Positions 37,761 through 51,176 of a DNA stretch of 64,000 bases are shown here, piece after piece; positions within the stretch are counted from its first letter, which is position 1, and the number at the start of each line of letters is the position of its first letter. The notes under the pieces were generated by a model. The model was not told where the DNA came from and did not search any database. It saw only the letters and a program-made list of their open reading frames with translations. The translations under genes were made by a program, and so were the position numbers. Source of the stretch: Ruditapes philippinarum (taxonomy: Eukaryota); contig NW_026864086.1 in assembly GCF_026571515.1 (NCBI RefSeq), positions 434,001-498,000 on the forward strand, in the 5' to 3' direction.

Positions 37761-40119
37761 CATGAAAAAATACTGAAGTGAAATATGAAGTAACTTTTTA
37801 CAGCTCAAAAATTGGAACTTGACACCTGCTGTAGTAAAACATAAAAATATAAAAATAATTAAAAGCATGAAAGTGTACGTCGTTTTAAAGCAGCATCAGA
37901 CATTTCATTCTGTAATGACATGTGCCTCTTGACCAATCATTCGTTGATCCAATAATTCAAAGAGTTTTCGCCTTATCATTTTTTCAATCATTTTTTAGGC
38001 ATTTTATATACATATGCAACAAGTTTGTAATTGTGTTTACAAGATAACTGTCTTTTGCAGATCAGGGTTGTTTTGTCCGAGTAAATCATATCTGTAAATC
38101 TATAACAAAGTTATGACAATCTAAGCTAAATTTAAACTTATCATTTGACCTTGACGGACAAGGTCATATTCCAATTACTTAACATAACATTTTATATTAG
38201 TGTTGTTTTGTCCAATATTAATAAAAGAAACCATTGATTAATAACATAGATATGCCCAATAGTACACAATTCTCTAATTTTACCTTTTGAGGCAATGTCA
38301 CATTAAGGTCAAGGTGAGGTTAATTCAACTTCTCCAATATCTTGTCCAAAAGATTACTTCGCCTAAGTATATAGCCCATGCGTTCATTATTTACTGTTAT
38401 AGTCAATTGTATCAAAGAACTGTGAAATTACAATAATTTGACAGACAAGGTCATTTATAAGGCAAGGTCAAATATGTTTGATCTTCTTTAAAACGTTGAC
38501 CTTAAGGCAGATATTATCAACAATGAAGACAATTTAATAAAAAATAATAGCCAACTGTAGCAAAAGTTAAGCAAAATTCAAAAGATTGACCTTCAAGGTC
38601 AATGTCATTTGTGAATGAAAGTCATAAACAATTTAATCTATTTGATGGTCTTGTCCAAATGATTGCTGTGTTAACGTATGAAAGACATCAATTTATAAAT
38701 AACAAAGTTTCAGCCAATTATCATAAAAAAATCAAGCAAAATGCAAACATTTGACATTAATTTAATGTACCACAACATGACTGTATCGATAGTTGTTCTT
38801 TCTTTTTCCATAAGAAAGTCGGGCTAAAATGGGTTCTGACAAGAACCCAGAGATTATAAGACCTGCATTTCACAAATAAGACGTCGAAAGAAAAATTTAA
38901 ATATAAGGAACTAAATCTTCCCCAAACACAACAATAATTTCTTCCTGAACGATCTTTGAGGCAGTATAATAATTATATCACTGAATATACTAGGCTCCAA
39001 ACAGCGCAAACAACGTTGACGTGACGATAAAATGCAAGGAACTAAAAATATCACAAACAAAACAATGATATCATGCTGAACGATCTTCAAGACAACTCTG
39101 ATTTTGTGAGCATTTTTACCCTTATCGCATTGAAAACACGTAAATACCGGCAATGTGTTACAAATTACCGCTGGGGCGAAAAATAAGCAAAATGAAATAA
39201 GGCATAAAAAGGAAATGCATCTTACAGCAGCTTGTATAGATTTGAACTACGGCAAAACAACATGCTAATGGTGCAATTTTAAAGTACAAATATGTATACG
39301 ATCTAAAGGGCAATATGCAATCTTCTTACTTAATCACGGAATGTCTAAATTTATGAAGACATAAGTTTGGGAAAGAAATCCTATTACTAAATATATGACT
39401 TATCCCCTTAAGATTCATAAAAATTCTTTGTTAATACTGATTATACTTTTATCACCGGTCAATGTAGTCTATACAAGATTAATGTCCAAAAATTCATGAA
39501 CTAATATGTTGCACTTGACCGAACTTAATTATTTGTTACGTTCTCATTGGGGTTTGTATGGTTGCAAAGTAGGTGCAGCCGTCGTTTTACTTCTAGACTT
39601 CGTCTACCTTATAATCCATCTATAATTACTGCTGAACCGAAAGCCTTAAATTAGCATTGTCATACATTTCACAGCATTATGATAAGACATTTGTATTTTT
39701 TCAGACTACACGCGTTATTGTCAATTATAGTCCGGTTATATCATAATGAATGACAAAGGAACCCTTTTGCAATTTCATGATATTTGTAAACTAAGTCAGT
39801 CAACTTCTGTTGAATCCCAAGCCATAAAGGAATACTAGAAAATAAAAGATGATGCTTTGGCTAAATAATCCTTAAATTCTCTACCAGTAAATTTAGCGCT
39901 ACTAAATAAGATTTTAAATCCTCAATAAATAATTTTATTTCATCTGAAATGAAATCAAATTTGAACAAAACTCCATTTAACATACTTCATGATATCAACG
40001 CTAGTTTTGACAAATTATCATCTCCATCTCACCTTAACCGTCAATATCAAGTTGTTCTACTAAGATGAAAAATTGCACATACTAAAACTATACATTCGGA
40101 TCTTTTAACAGAAGGTGAT

Positions 40120-41265
40120 GCTCTGTAACACCGCACTTTGGGGTCCAACGGACTTTGGGGTCCGACCCCAAAGTGAGTTTTAAACTTCGCATCGCACTTT
40201 GGGGTCCAACGCACTTCGAGGTCAAAATCGAAAAATTGACCCCAACGTGCGTAAATATGCTACATATCAACGCACTTTGGGTTCTAGAGGTCTGAAGCTG
40301 TTAACTGAGAGTTCTGCTTAAAAACTGAGTACTGACTTGTTACTGCTTGTTACTTGAATAAAGATGCGATAAATGTGAAATTGTTTGTCATAAAAGTAAT
40401 CAAAACAATGTAGTATTTGCCTTCCATATAAAATACTTATTCTATTCACTAAAACTGTACCCATTCTTGCCAAAAAGCAACAGATGAAAAAGATGGTTCA
40501 AGTAATTGGCCAATGTGTATTTTTGGATATTATAGAAGAACATCAAAGTAAAAAAGCTTTTAAGAAAAACAAATAAAAGCATAATGAGCCTATAAAACAT
40601 TATTTTAACCCTTGGGGGATCGATTCCCCACAATCCCCTCTATACTTCCAGTGAGAATTTTACAGGCTTTTAATGTACGACTACTTAAATAGTTTATGAT
40701 CTTGTTAGTACTGCCTGTACGTTCTTCTACTTAAAGCCGCATCTACACCTAGTCAAATTACTTATTTGTCACATTTGGCTAAATAAATGGCTCTTTCAAC
40801 ATATTATCATGCAAATTTTTTACTGAAATGTCTTACGAATATTTCCCAGAATTTATACTTTTGTCTATGCAAAGTCTATCATATTTCTATAAAATGTGTA
40901 AATAAATGCAATTAGCTAAAAACAATGGAGTTACTGAAAGGTATACATTCTTTTAAAATATAAATATATATTTGTAGCTTAATAATTGATACAAATTCTT
41001 TATTTGATGAAAGTTCTTCACTTACTGATCAAGACCTAATTAAATCCCTATTGATTCTACTATAATTCAGGGCACATGTTTTTCGTATATTAAATACCTT
41101 GAATTCTGTTTACCATTGGATTTGACTACAGTATATCATTTTAAACATAATGAAAATTATTTTGAAGAACCCAAAGTGCGGTCGTTTGTCTGATGTAAAA
41201 AATGCATATGTACCTGTTTAACGCACTTCAGGGTTGAAATTTCCCAAAGTGCGTTATTACACTGC
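40120..41265. mobile_element. ~1.15-kb non-autonomous DNA transposon with imperfect TIRs and subterminal (AACGCACTTTGGG) repeats
   Basis: Left end GCTCTGTAACACCGCACTTTGGG versus reverse complement of the right end GCAGTGTAATAACGCACTTTGGG. The motif is repeated about 5 times on the left and 2-3 times on the right. Confidence 0.6.
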
Positions 41266-41809
41266 TCCATTTTAGGTATCCTGCAATGGATTCTTTACTT
41301 TACTGTCAAACATTCCCTTCTATAATGCCATGATCTTGCACATGTTCTTGATAGATTTCATCTACTCAATTCACTTAGAATTTTTTTGCCTCAAATGTAT
41401 TTAAAACCCTAATCGGTTATATAAAGGTGGTAAACTTTTATTTAATATTTACCTAATTGATTATTCCAGCTCTTTTTAGACCTACTCATTATAGTGTTAG
41501 GTGTGATATGACGAGTAATGTGTCAGTGATGCCGTTAAACCCAAATAAACAAAGTGTTTGTATGTAAAACCCTCTGTTTTGTGAAATATAATTGACACAT
41601 TGTCCATATACAATCCTTTTGAACTTACAAATTGTTATGTTTTCATGTCATTTGTTTTTTGTTTTTTCATATCATTAACTAATATTCTGAATACATTTTA
41701 TTGCCGAGTCAGTAAAAGTTCTACCGCTATTATCTTAAATCAAAGCTTTCCATTATCTCACAACTTTATCTGCTGTTTTTTAGTTTGCTTTTTGTTTGTT
41801 TGTTTGTTT

Positions 41810-41846
<37 letters not shown>

Positions 41847-44551
41847 TTTGTTTTTGCTTTGCAAGCAACTTCATTACAAGCTTTTTTTAAATAACCTAAA
41901 CGTGTACCTCCCTTATATACAATGTATATATATTGTATTTCATACATAATAAGCAGTTTGGAAATAGACATGTTCCAAGTAATTATCCTAAATAAAAAAA
42001 TAATCTAAGGTTTCTTATAAGTTTTGCCAATAGTTTGGTAGTCTCTACATTTTTTAAAGCATTGCCTAGGATACAATGGGATTATGAGTATTTTATCATA
42101 ACCGCCGTATGAACACACCTGCGGATGTATAAAATTTCAAATATTACAAGTTCATGTTAAATGTTGAATACTGCTTAAGCCGGTGCTATGGGCATGGACG
42201 GTAACTTGCACTTTCCAGTACTATCCATGAACAGACTCAATCAAACCGAGTCTGCAACATTTTAAATATTATCGTGTTGTGCGCTTTGTAGGGATTCTTT
42301 ATTTCTCTTTATTTTACTTTGGAGGCGACAGTGACATTACAGAATTAATAACCTGCAGATAAACTCATGAAATTCTTTTTAATGTGATCAACATTCCATT
42401 TAAGATTACATTCTAGGTATGCAAGGAGGAATTTAAACTTCAATATATTGCAGAACAATAAATGCTGCCATATTAAGTATTGCGCAGATCAGTTATAAAT
42501 TAAATCTATTTATTCAGAATATATTAAATGTTCATGTCTTCTTCATTTCATAGTCAGTAAGTTGATTGTATGTAAAAGGTTTTTACTGCAAATATTTACT
42601 GACTAGCAAACAGCTGCTGCAAATCTCTCGGGGCAAATGTACATGCATGGTTTTCATATTATATAAAACAAAACGTGTCCTTGTTCTTTTGTTTTTATTT
42701 CGGACAAACAAACAATTTTCAGTCATGTCAAGTGCGTGATTTCTAGCATCAACACGCAATTTCATGGAATATGTTACATACTCTTTAATCAAGATAAATT
42801 CTCCATTGTTTTTCAAAAGCTTGAACGCCACAAACATACAATTAATCCATGAATTTACAACATTGAATTAGAAAAAGTAAAGGAAACAGATGTGTCTTAA
42901 ATGTTTAACAACATCCATCATGAAAATAAATCGGTCGGTCATGTCACGGACATCTGTACTTTTCGATGAAGGTGACAAATGATTCATATTTATCCAAATT
43001 ACAGTACCATTCATTTGACCTAAATATGCTTATTTGCAAAAGATTTGTCCACTGGTGTTGCTTCCAGAGGTTAGCCAAAATCATTTTCCGGTTTCAGCAC
43101 AATGTGACCTTCCTTAACTGTGCTTGTGCGTCGTAAAACAAAAGAAAAAAATGCAAATGAACTTTTGTTTTAAATACCTATGATATCATCTGAAGAACGT
43201 AGCAATAAATATAGAAAAGTTTGTAATATAAGTAGCAAAATATAAACAAAGTACAATTTTGACTTTCATAAAAAATACTAATTCACTATAAATGTTGCCA
43301 CACAGCAATAGATGAAAAAAAATGTTCAGTCATTCTAACAATGAGTTACTTTTTGAAAACTATAGCAGAACAACTAACATTAAAAACTGTTAATAAATAA
43401 AAATAAAAGCATTTCTGAGACATAATGCGAAACTCTTTTTCAAACGAGTAGTAAACGAGACCCCTATACTACTCAAACGTACCAACTTATCATTCGTGCA
43501 TCTTTTGCATTGATCCCTCTAACAACAAGGTGTGGACTTCAGTGATGTTATATTTTCTGGTCATTCATAATCATTGACTCCATACTTTAAAGTGTTAAAA
43601 TTGAGTACCACTTAAGCTGGTGCTTGGGGCGTGAGGGATGTTGCACTTTTTCATTTTCTCTCATGTACAGACTCAATCAAACCGAGTCTGCAATTTTCAT
43701 GCAATTTGTTGTGAATAATGCTTCCGAGGGATCACCTTTTGTCTAGATTCTTATATAATGTAATTCTTTAGGATAAAAAGATTGGTAGAAAAAAGAGCGT
43801 ATTTTCATGAACATTAAAATCAAGCTTAAGATATATTACAAAATGGTTCTTTATTATGTAATGTGATATATTATCTCTCATTCTATTTCTACAATATTTT
43901 TTCTTTCTTTCATATGCTTATAAAAGATTTGAAAAATATGAAATATACAAATAAATGTCATTGACAGAAATAACATGCCAGTGTATATATGTTCAAATAT
44001 TACCCTTCAAATTACTGAAACCGAAAGTGGTTAGTATTCTAGAAATACTTAAAGGTTTTTATATGGTTTTTTTTTTTTTTTTTTTTTTCGGTGTCCTGTT
44101 ATAGATTCCAAATAGTTACTTATTGGCCTTTTACCTGAACCATCTTTTTTTCCTTCTTTTGCGTTTATGGTACTCATTACAGGAATATAAAGTGATGTAG
44201 TATACGGGAAATCAAAATACTACTTAACTCGCAATTCGATCATTTTATTGTAAACAAGTTCAAGTTCAGTGCTACTTTCTTCAGTTGATAAAAATCTTAT
44301 ATGTTCTAAAAACATTAGTTCAATGATATAAAACTCATTTTTCCCTTTCTAAAGAAGAATATATTCAGTGTTTCTGAGACCATATGTGCCTTTAACACTT
44401 AGCATCAGTGTACAACAGAGATAGGTCCCCTTGTGCATGGAATAGTTGCTGGATGCATACATATGACGGTGAACAGTCGTTTGATAATATTTTCAGGGTC
44501 AGATATATTTTTGCTTAAACTTTTTACAATTGTTTACTCTTTAAGGGCACA

Positions 44552-45698
44552 GATGATTACCGGATCGATAATTGGAACTTTGATGTATGTGCTTGTGAAA
44601 CATATAATATCTCAAGTTTCATACAATGATATTGGTTTAAGACCCAAACTGATGGACGATATTTTTGTTAGAAAACGTCAACTTCAGAGCGGTCATCCAA
44701 TTACAGAAAATAATACAGCTAAACATGAAGTTCGTCATATAGCATTTGTAAAGGTTCATAGAACAGGGAGCGCAACGCTTAAACAAATATTTCTTAAGTT
44801 TGGACACATCAGAAATCTGACGTTTGTGTTACCAAACCTCCGGTACACACACACAAGAGGGGTTATCAGTGAAGTGGAATCTTTAACAAACAAAAATATT
44901 CTGCCACCGCCAAAATCGCAGCCTTATGACATATTGTGTCATCACGTGATATATAATAGAAACTTTTTCAAAGCAATTTTCCCAAAAGATACTGTTTATA
45001 TTGGCGCCGTAAGAGATCCTATTTCTCGATTCCAGTCAGCTATATACTTCTTTGAACCTAAGTACATACTTCAACTCCAAGGATTAAAACCATTATCAAC
45101 ATATTCCAGAAACCCTCTTCTCTATGAACCAACCGATCCAAGGAACTCAATGACCAATAACAGAATGGCAGTGGATTTTGGGTTCCCCATACACCTGTTT
45201 CCCGATCATTTAAGAAATACATCCGTCAATGAGATAAATGAATATATAAAGCAATTGGATACCGATTTCCAGCTTATTGTTGTAAATGAGCTCTTTGATG
45301 AATCACTTGTCTTGATGAAAAGATTACTTAACTGGAGCATCGGAGATATTCTTTATCTACGGAAACATGTAACAATTACAACGTCTAGACGAAATACTTT
45401 ATCCGAAACAGATATTTTGAATATTAAAGATTTTCTTTACTTAGATTACGCGTTATATAATTTTGCTGTGAGTCGAATAAAAAGACAAATCAGGGAAGAA
45501 GGTGACACTTTCAAAAAGGAGGTGGCATTTTTCAAGAATGTAAATACAATGTTTGAAGACTATTGTAGTGATTTAAAGCAACAAGTCAGTCCTCGTTATT
45601 TTCCAGGTACAGACTCAAACAGGGAATTTGAATTCTCACATATTGATTGCCTGCTTTTGAAAATGAAACTATTAAACTCAGAAAAAAATAGTAATTAA
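44552..45698 (+). CDS. Galactose-3-O-sulfotransferase (GAL3ST/cerebroside sulfotransferase family)
   Basis: ORF 44433-45698 has an N-terminal hydrophobic anchor (MITGSIIGTLMYVLV), HIAFVKVHRTGSATLKQIF, YDILCHHVIYN, VRDPISRFQSAIYFF, TNNRMAVDFGF, ELFDESLVLMKRLLNW and LDYALY. The 5' start is uncertain; candidate acceptors lie at ~44496 and ~44545. Confidence 0.9.
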
Positions 45699-47426
45699 AG
45701 CTTAGCTGATTACAAATGTAAACATAAAATTCATTCATGACATCTTATGCACAATCGATCTCTGCTTTTATTATTGTTTATAACAGTATAACTAACTTGC
45801 AATTAGATATATTTTATCATTTAACCGACACAAAAATTGGCATTTGTATATATGACAAACATATAAAAGTATTTAACTAATATATTTAGTATTGATTATG
45901 GCTGGTTGTCATTTACATCTTATTAACGACCTAGAAATATTTCCTAATCATGGTGCGTTGCATGCCCTTGTCTTTTATGTCCCTGTTTTCAGAAATTTGA
46001 CAAGAAGCAAATAACTGACCTTCAATTTTAATAACAAGTGTTTGTCTTGATAATTAGTGTTAGAGGGATTATTTCATTTTTAAGGCCTATTTGGGTCCCA
46101 TAATGCTATCATGTATACATGTATTTTTATGAACTTTTTTTGTGGTACCTTAATTGTTACAGTTTTTAAAAAGTTTCTCATTTGCCATATATTAGGTGAA
46201 ATATATTTTGCTACCTGTGCTATTTGGTAATTGATATACATTTGTAAATATAATTGTTTAGTTATTTGTATTGTAGTCGATTGAAGTCAAATTTCTACTT
46301 TGTTTACATTTTGCTCTACCTTTACGACGTATATTAATGTGTGTTCAGCGCTTTTTTTATTAGTCGTTTAAAAAACATGGTTTGAATTCCTTATGTAGCA
46401 TTATTAAACACATACATGTATATGATCTTCCTAAATAAAAAAAATGATTCAAGAGATGAAATATGCAATTTAATTCGGGAGGTACACTATTATGTGATAT
46501 AAACTTTTCTATATCAGCAACATTTCATTTCCTTTGACCCTCGGAATACTTTATGATAAATATCTTGTTCAATGATGCTGTAGGTGTTTCAAAGATTTAT
46601 CGTAAGTGTCCAGAATGCATTTTCCAGTATCTTTTGCTTGAGACAATAAAGCATTCCTTGTACATTACTGACGGAAATATGTTACACATTATCGCAGGGA
46701 AAATACCGTGGAATATCAATATATGCACTAAGAACCATTTTGAAAAAACAGCTTTTTTCCCAGTAGTTTCTACCAATGTCACATTGAACATAAAATGTCA
46801 TATTTAAATATGATTATACATAGCTTATAAGATAAGCAATAAGCAAATCATTTTCTCAGTCAGTGTAAAGTCCATTTTCAAGCCGTCATTTGTGTCAAAT
46901 CTCTATGAATGGGGGTGTCATAAGATAAGTATGAAACAAACAGCATTTATGCATGATGATTCATTATTATAATTATTCATTTTAAATATCCATTATTATA
47001 CATTGTCATGCAGAGACTTAAATTACAGAGGGATAAGAAGATGACCAATTTCCGCCATGTTTTATAACATAACCGAGTGGGTTTACAATTTCATTCATTA
47101 CCGAGAATAATATACATCTTTTTAATATTTGTTGTTTTTTGTTTTACATTTGTGCAACCTCTTTTTCATAACTTCTTTCGATTACCGCTACAAATTTCAT
47201 GAAGCATGATAAATTTCCTCGTGTCATAAATGGTCTCTGAAAATCTCATGAAAATGTGAACTTATGGAAAAATCAACTTTAGTGAATCACGTCATAACTT
47301 CCTCTTTTTTTATTCATAGCTCTGACATTGTGTAATCTGGAAATTCGGTATAGTAGAAGCTGACAATAAAAGAATTGCATGAATGTGAAAAGCTGTTGAC
47401 TTATGTCTGCTATTAGCTCAGATGAA

Positions 47427-47695
47427 GGGGCGTCCATGGCCGAATGGTAAAGGTCGTTGGTTTCAAATCATTTGCCCTTCACCGCTGTGGGTTCGAATTC
47501 CGATAGAGACTTTAAATTTTCTTTTGTGAGAAAGCTATCGAGCCAATTATCGGAGCATCGGTGATTCTACTCGGGTGCCAGTACGAGCCTGAAAAAATGC
47601 ATGAAGAGGTGCACCTGAGGCACTAAGCCAGTAAAACTTGAAAGTCGCCATATGACCTTTACAGTGTCAGTGCAACGTAAAGTCCAATCAAGAAA
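47427..47695 (+). mobile_element. tRNA-derived SINE
   Basis: A-box TGGCCGAATGG and B-box GGTTCGAATTC, followed by a SINE body ending ACGTAAAGTCCAATCAA. Confidence 0.75.
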
Positions 47696-48179
47696 TCAAT
47701 TTTAGGATATCAATTAGCAGCATATGGTCTTAAAACATATAAAAATTCGGCACACGCAGCTTAAGGTTTGGAGACGAAATATACCATTTTAGATTGTAAA
47801 AAGAATTACTTAAAAACAATTCATGTTTAATCTAAGCGAAATTTGTAAAGGAAGTTTATAAATGAGAACGTTTGATTGGTATAATAAACCCACGGATGTG
47901 TCACACGTACAGAGGGAAATACTGAAAAACAATGAAAATCAGAAACAAATATTAAGTAGCCTTTCTTATATATGTGTTTCGAAATAAACCTGTAGTGAAT
48001 CAGTAAGTGAACGCAATTAATAACACCAACGTCTACGTAGTCAGTAGACAATTATATTTATAAATACTTGATTAACATGCATAACTATATGAAAATTATA
48101 AACAAATGAACAAATAAATGATCATTGGAAAATTCAAATTATCTGTCGATCTAAGACTTTACAGAAATAACAAATCAAG

Positions 48180-48890
48180 TTTATCAGCGGTCTGAATCCG
48201 TTGCAAACCAGCAATAAGAACAGGCCCGCATGGCGTGGTCTCTTTTTCTCTTCCTCTATATAAAGTCTTTGAATTTTAGTAAAAAGCACTATTTTCAAAA
48301 GCTCACCGGCAGAAACCGTTTTATTTTATTCCGTAGCGTATTGACCACAACAATAGTTTGAAGGTTCGTTTTCATGGCAATATAAGGCACAAAAGCTCTA
48401 GTCCAAGGAAAATAGCCGCCACAGACTCGCATGGCATGGACAGTTTTTCGTTTTGTGATTTGTTCTTTTCTTTCTGTATATAAAGACTTAAAGTGTTCGA
48501 ATTTTCCTTAAAAAAAAACAACAAAAAAAAACGTTATTTTCTACAGCTCACTGACAGTAAAAATCTGTTGCAATTAGCAATAACATTAGTTTGAAAGTTA
48601 CGGCAATATAAGACACAAAAGCTCTTGCCAAAAAATAGACTCAAGAGGCACGCCTGGTATGGTCTCCTTTTCGGTTGTCCATTTGTTCTCTCTGTATGTA
48701 AAGTCTTTGAATTTTCGTAAAAAAAAACACTATTTTCTGCAGCTTTCCGTCAGGTTACCATTGGTTTGATTCCGTTCCAAATTAGCCATAGCAATAATTT
48801 GGAGATTAGTTGTTACAGCGGTATAAGTCAAAAAGCTCTAGCCCAAGGAAAATATCCGCCAGAGGTTCGAGATCTCATGCCTCTTTTCCT
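48180..48890. repeat. Degenerate tandem repeat, 3-4 units of ~190-240 bp
   Basis: Recurring TAAAGTCTTTGAATTTT, CACTATTTTC, CAAAAGCTCT.G.CCAAGGAAAATA and CGCATGGCATGG motifs. Confidence 0.65.
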
Positions 48891-49082
48891 GATTGCGATT
48901 TGTTGTTTTCTTTTTATTATTTTACGTTACAAATTGCATCATCTTCTTGAATGCACCATCAGAACCAAATTATTTTAGTGATTGTAATAATAATATAGAT
49001 GTAAGTATGTTTCAAATTCATTAAAACACATGTCAGGTTCAATCTTCGCTGCGACGTATTTCTGGAAGTATTATGCCCCTTT

Positions 49083-49715
49083 TTAACCCATTACTTCATG
49101 AGCATTTTGTGAAAAATGGCTGTTTTCATTGAAAAGTCTCCCGTTACAAGTTCAAATTGCTATAATACTATAAAAACTGCTTCAACACTAATCAAATTTG
49201 GCACAAATGTTGACTGGACCTGATTGCCCTTGCAACAACATGCTCAGGCTTAAATTTTCTGTTACCATGGCAACGAGGGGACATCTCAAAATTGCCAAAA
49301 ATCACTATTTTGCGTTGTTTTTTTTCCATCAAAATTGACTTCAAAGTGCTGCAACTTCTCAATGGATTGAGATAGAGTCAAATGCTTTTCAGCGTTGGTT
49401 ACACGTTACCTTATGATCAATCTGGGGTCATTTACAGCCTCTCACAAGTCCAAAATTTTCTTGGCGATGAGGGGGACTCCGCCCCCCTTCAAACCCCCCA
49501 AACAGAAGGGGGCACATCCCCCTTCTGGCAACCCCCTGATGTATCTTTTGGTTGGGGGGCCGCGCCGAAAAAGAGGTCACTTTTTTTAACAACATTACTT
49601 AAACAAAAACAAGTGTTTGGGGCCTAAATAAGGCATTTTTTCATCATTTGAGACAACAAAAAGGGGGTGGGGTGAAAAAGGCGTTAAAAGGCGTGTATAT
49701 GAAGTAATGGGTTAA
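49083..49715. mobile_element. Intact piggyBac-like MITE (~625 bp)
   Basis: TTAA|CCCATTACTTCAT ... ATGAAGTAATGGG|TTAA: a perfect 13-bp TIR with CCC/GGG termini and a TTAA TSD. Confidence 0.88.
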
Positions 49716-50957
49716 GCCAATTGTAAATGAAATTTTGGGTTTCAGGAGAATAAATTTTTAAAGATTTTCAATGTATCTGTTTATATTTGGCATGAAAGTA
49801 TGTTATACCACAATGCAAGTTGTAAATGATTTCCATTGCAATTAAATCATTATTGGAAGAATTATACCCTTTTTCAGGAATTTTTCTGTAAAATATTGGT
49901 TTCCACTGAGTACAGTAACTGGATAACTGATTTCACTAAATGTGTTGAAATGTGACATACAAGTATGTTATATCAAAACACAGGCCAAATTCGATTTTCT
50001 CTGAAATAAACTACATGTAATTGCAATCTTGATTTAAATGGAATTTAAAAATTGATTGAAAAGGGACAAACCCTGCAAAATAGGAGCTCAAATAAAATCA
50101 AGTCTTGATGTTCAATCAGTTGCTATTACTAATATATTCAATTCCTACATTGAAAAAAGCACTAATATTAATTTGATCAAAAAGTCATAATCGAGCCATT
50201 TACAACAATAAATTTGGTTACATTTTTGTCTACGATACTTCTTATAAATTTACCATCGGGCATATTGTAACTCCTTTAAAATTTATCGATAATAAGGTGA
50301 ATAAAAAGTCAAGGATTTGGTAGGTTCTGAATGTTTTATTTCTGTTGGCACAGCATGTATCTTAGACATCAATAGACAATCAATCTTCATGTTTTCAGCG
50401 TTTATTATAACACATTTAACCACACTCTGAAAATACATAATTAACACATTCTAAATAAATATAACATTTAACATTCTTTCTTGAATTGCATAAAGCAAAC
50501 AATCATAATCATTCCAGTGGCTTTTAATTAACATCAAGCATTTTATCATACAATATCATAAAACACTTATATACATTTACAACAATATATCACACTTACC
50601 AGTTTATGGAACTAAGTGTTTACATCAACACAACAAATACAAAACACTCTTCTCTCTCCAGTGTGTTGTTATTATCCTGCAAATTATAATAGAAAAATGT
50701 AATAGAATGTGAGATCATTTATTTATTTATTACTTGAGAGAAAAAAGATATGATACTATCGATCCCCCTTCTGGCAACCCCCTGATGTATCATTTTGATG
50801 GGGGACCGCGCCGAAAAAGTGGTCACTTTTTTAACAACATTTCTCAAACGAAAAAGAGTATTTGGGGCCTAAATAGGGCATTTTTTCACTGGTTGAGGCC
50901 TCAAAATGGGGGGACAAAAACCGTCAAAACACGTGTATATGAGGGAAAAGTTAACAT

Positions 50958-51176
50958 TTTTGTTTGTTTGTTCGTTTCATTTTACGCCTTTTTCCAACAG
51001 TATTTCAGTCATATAGGCGGGTAGTTTCCTAACCATCGTTCCTAGAGAGTTACACCAGTACTAGACTACCTTCCTCCGCGCTAAACTACCAAAGCATCTC
51101 CCGGGGATCGAACCCACGCCAGAGAGGTAACTGGATTAGAAGTCATCGACTCTAACCCCTCGACCACGGAGGCGGC
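50958..51176 (-). mobile_element. tRNA-derived SINE inserted in the MITE array
   Basis: Minus-strand A-box TGGTCGAGGGG, B-box GGTTCGATCCC and an (AAAC)n tail. Flanked by AAAGTTA direct repeats (TSD-like). Confidence 0.8.

Noticed and set aside
47427-47505. Possible tRNA genes here and at ~51100-51176 and ~59455-59521
   Set aside because: A and B boxes are present, but there is no complete cloverleaf or acceptor stem, and each continues into a SINE body and tail.
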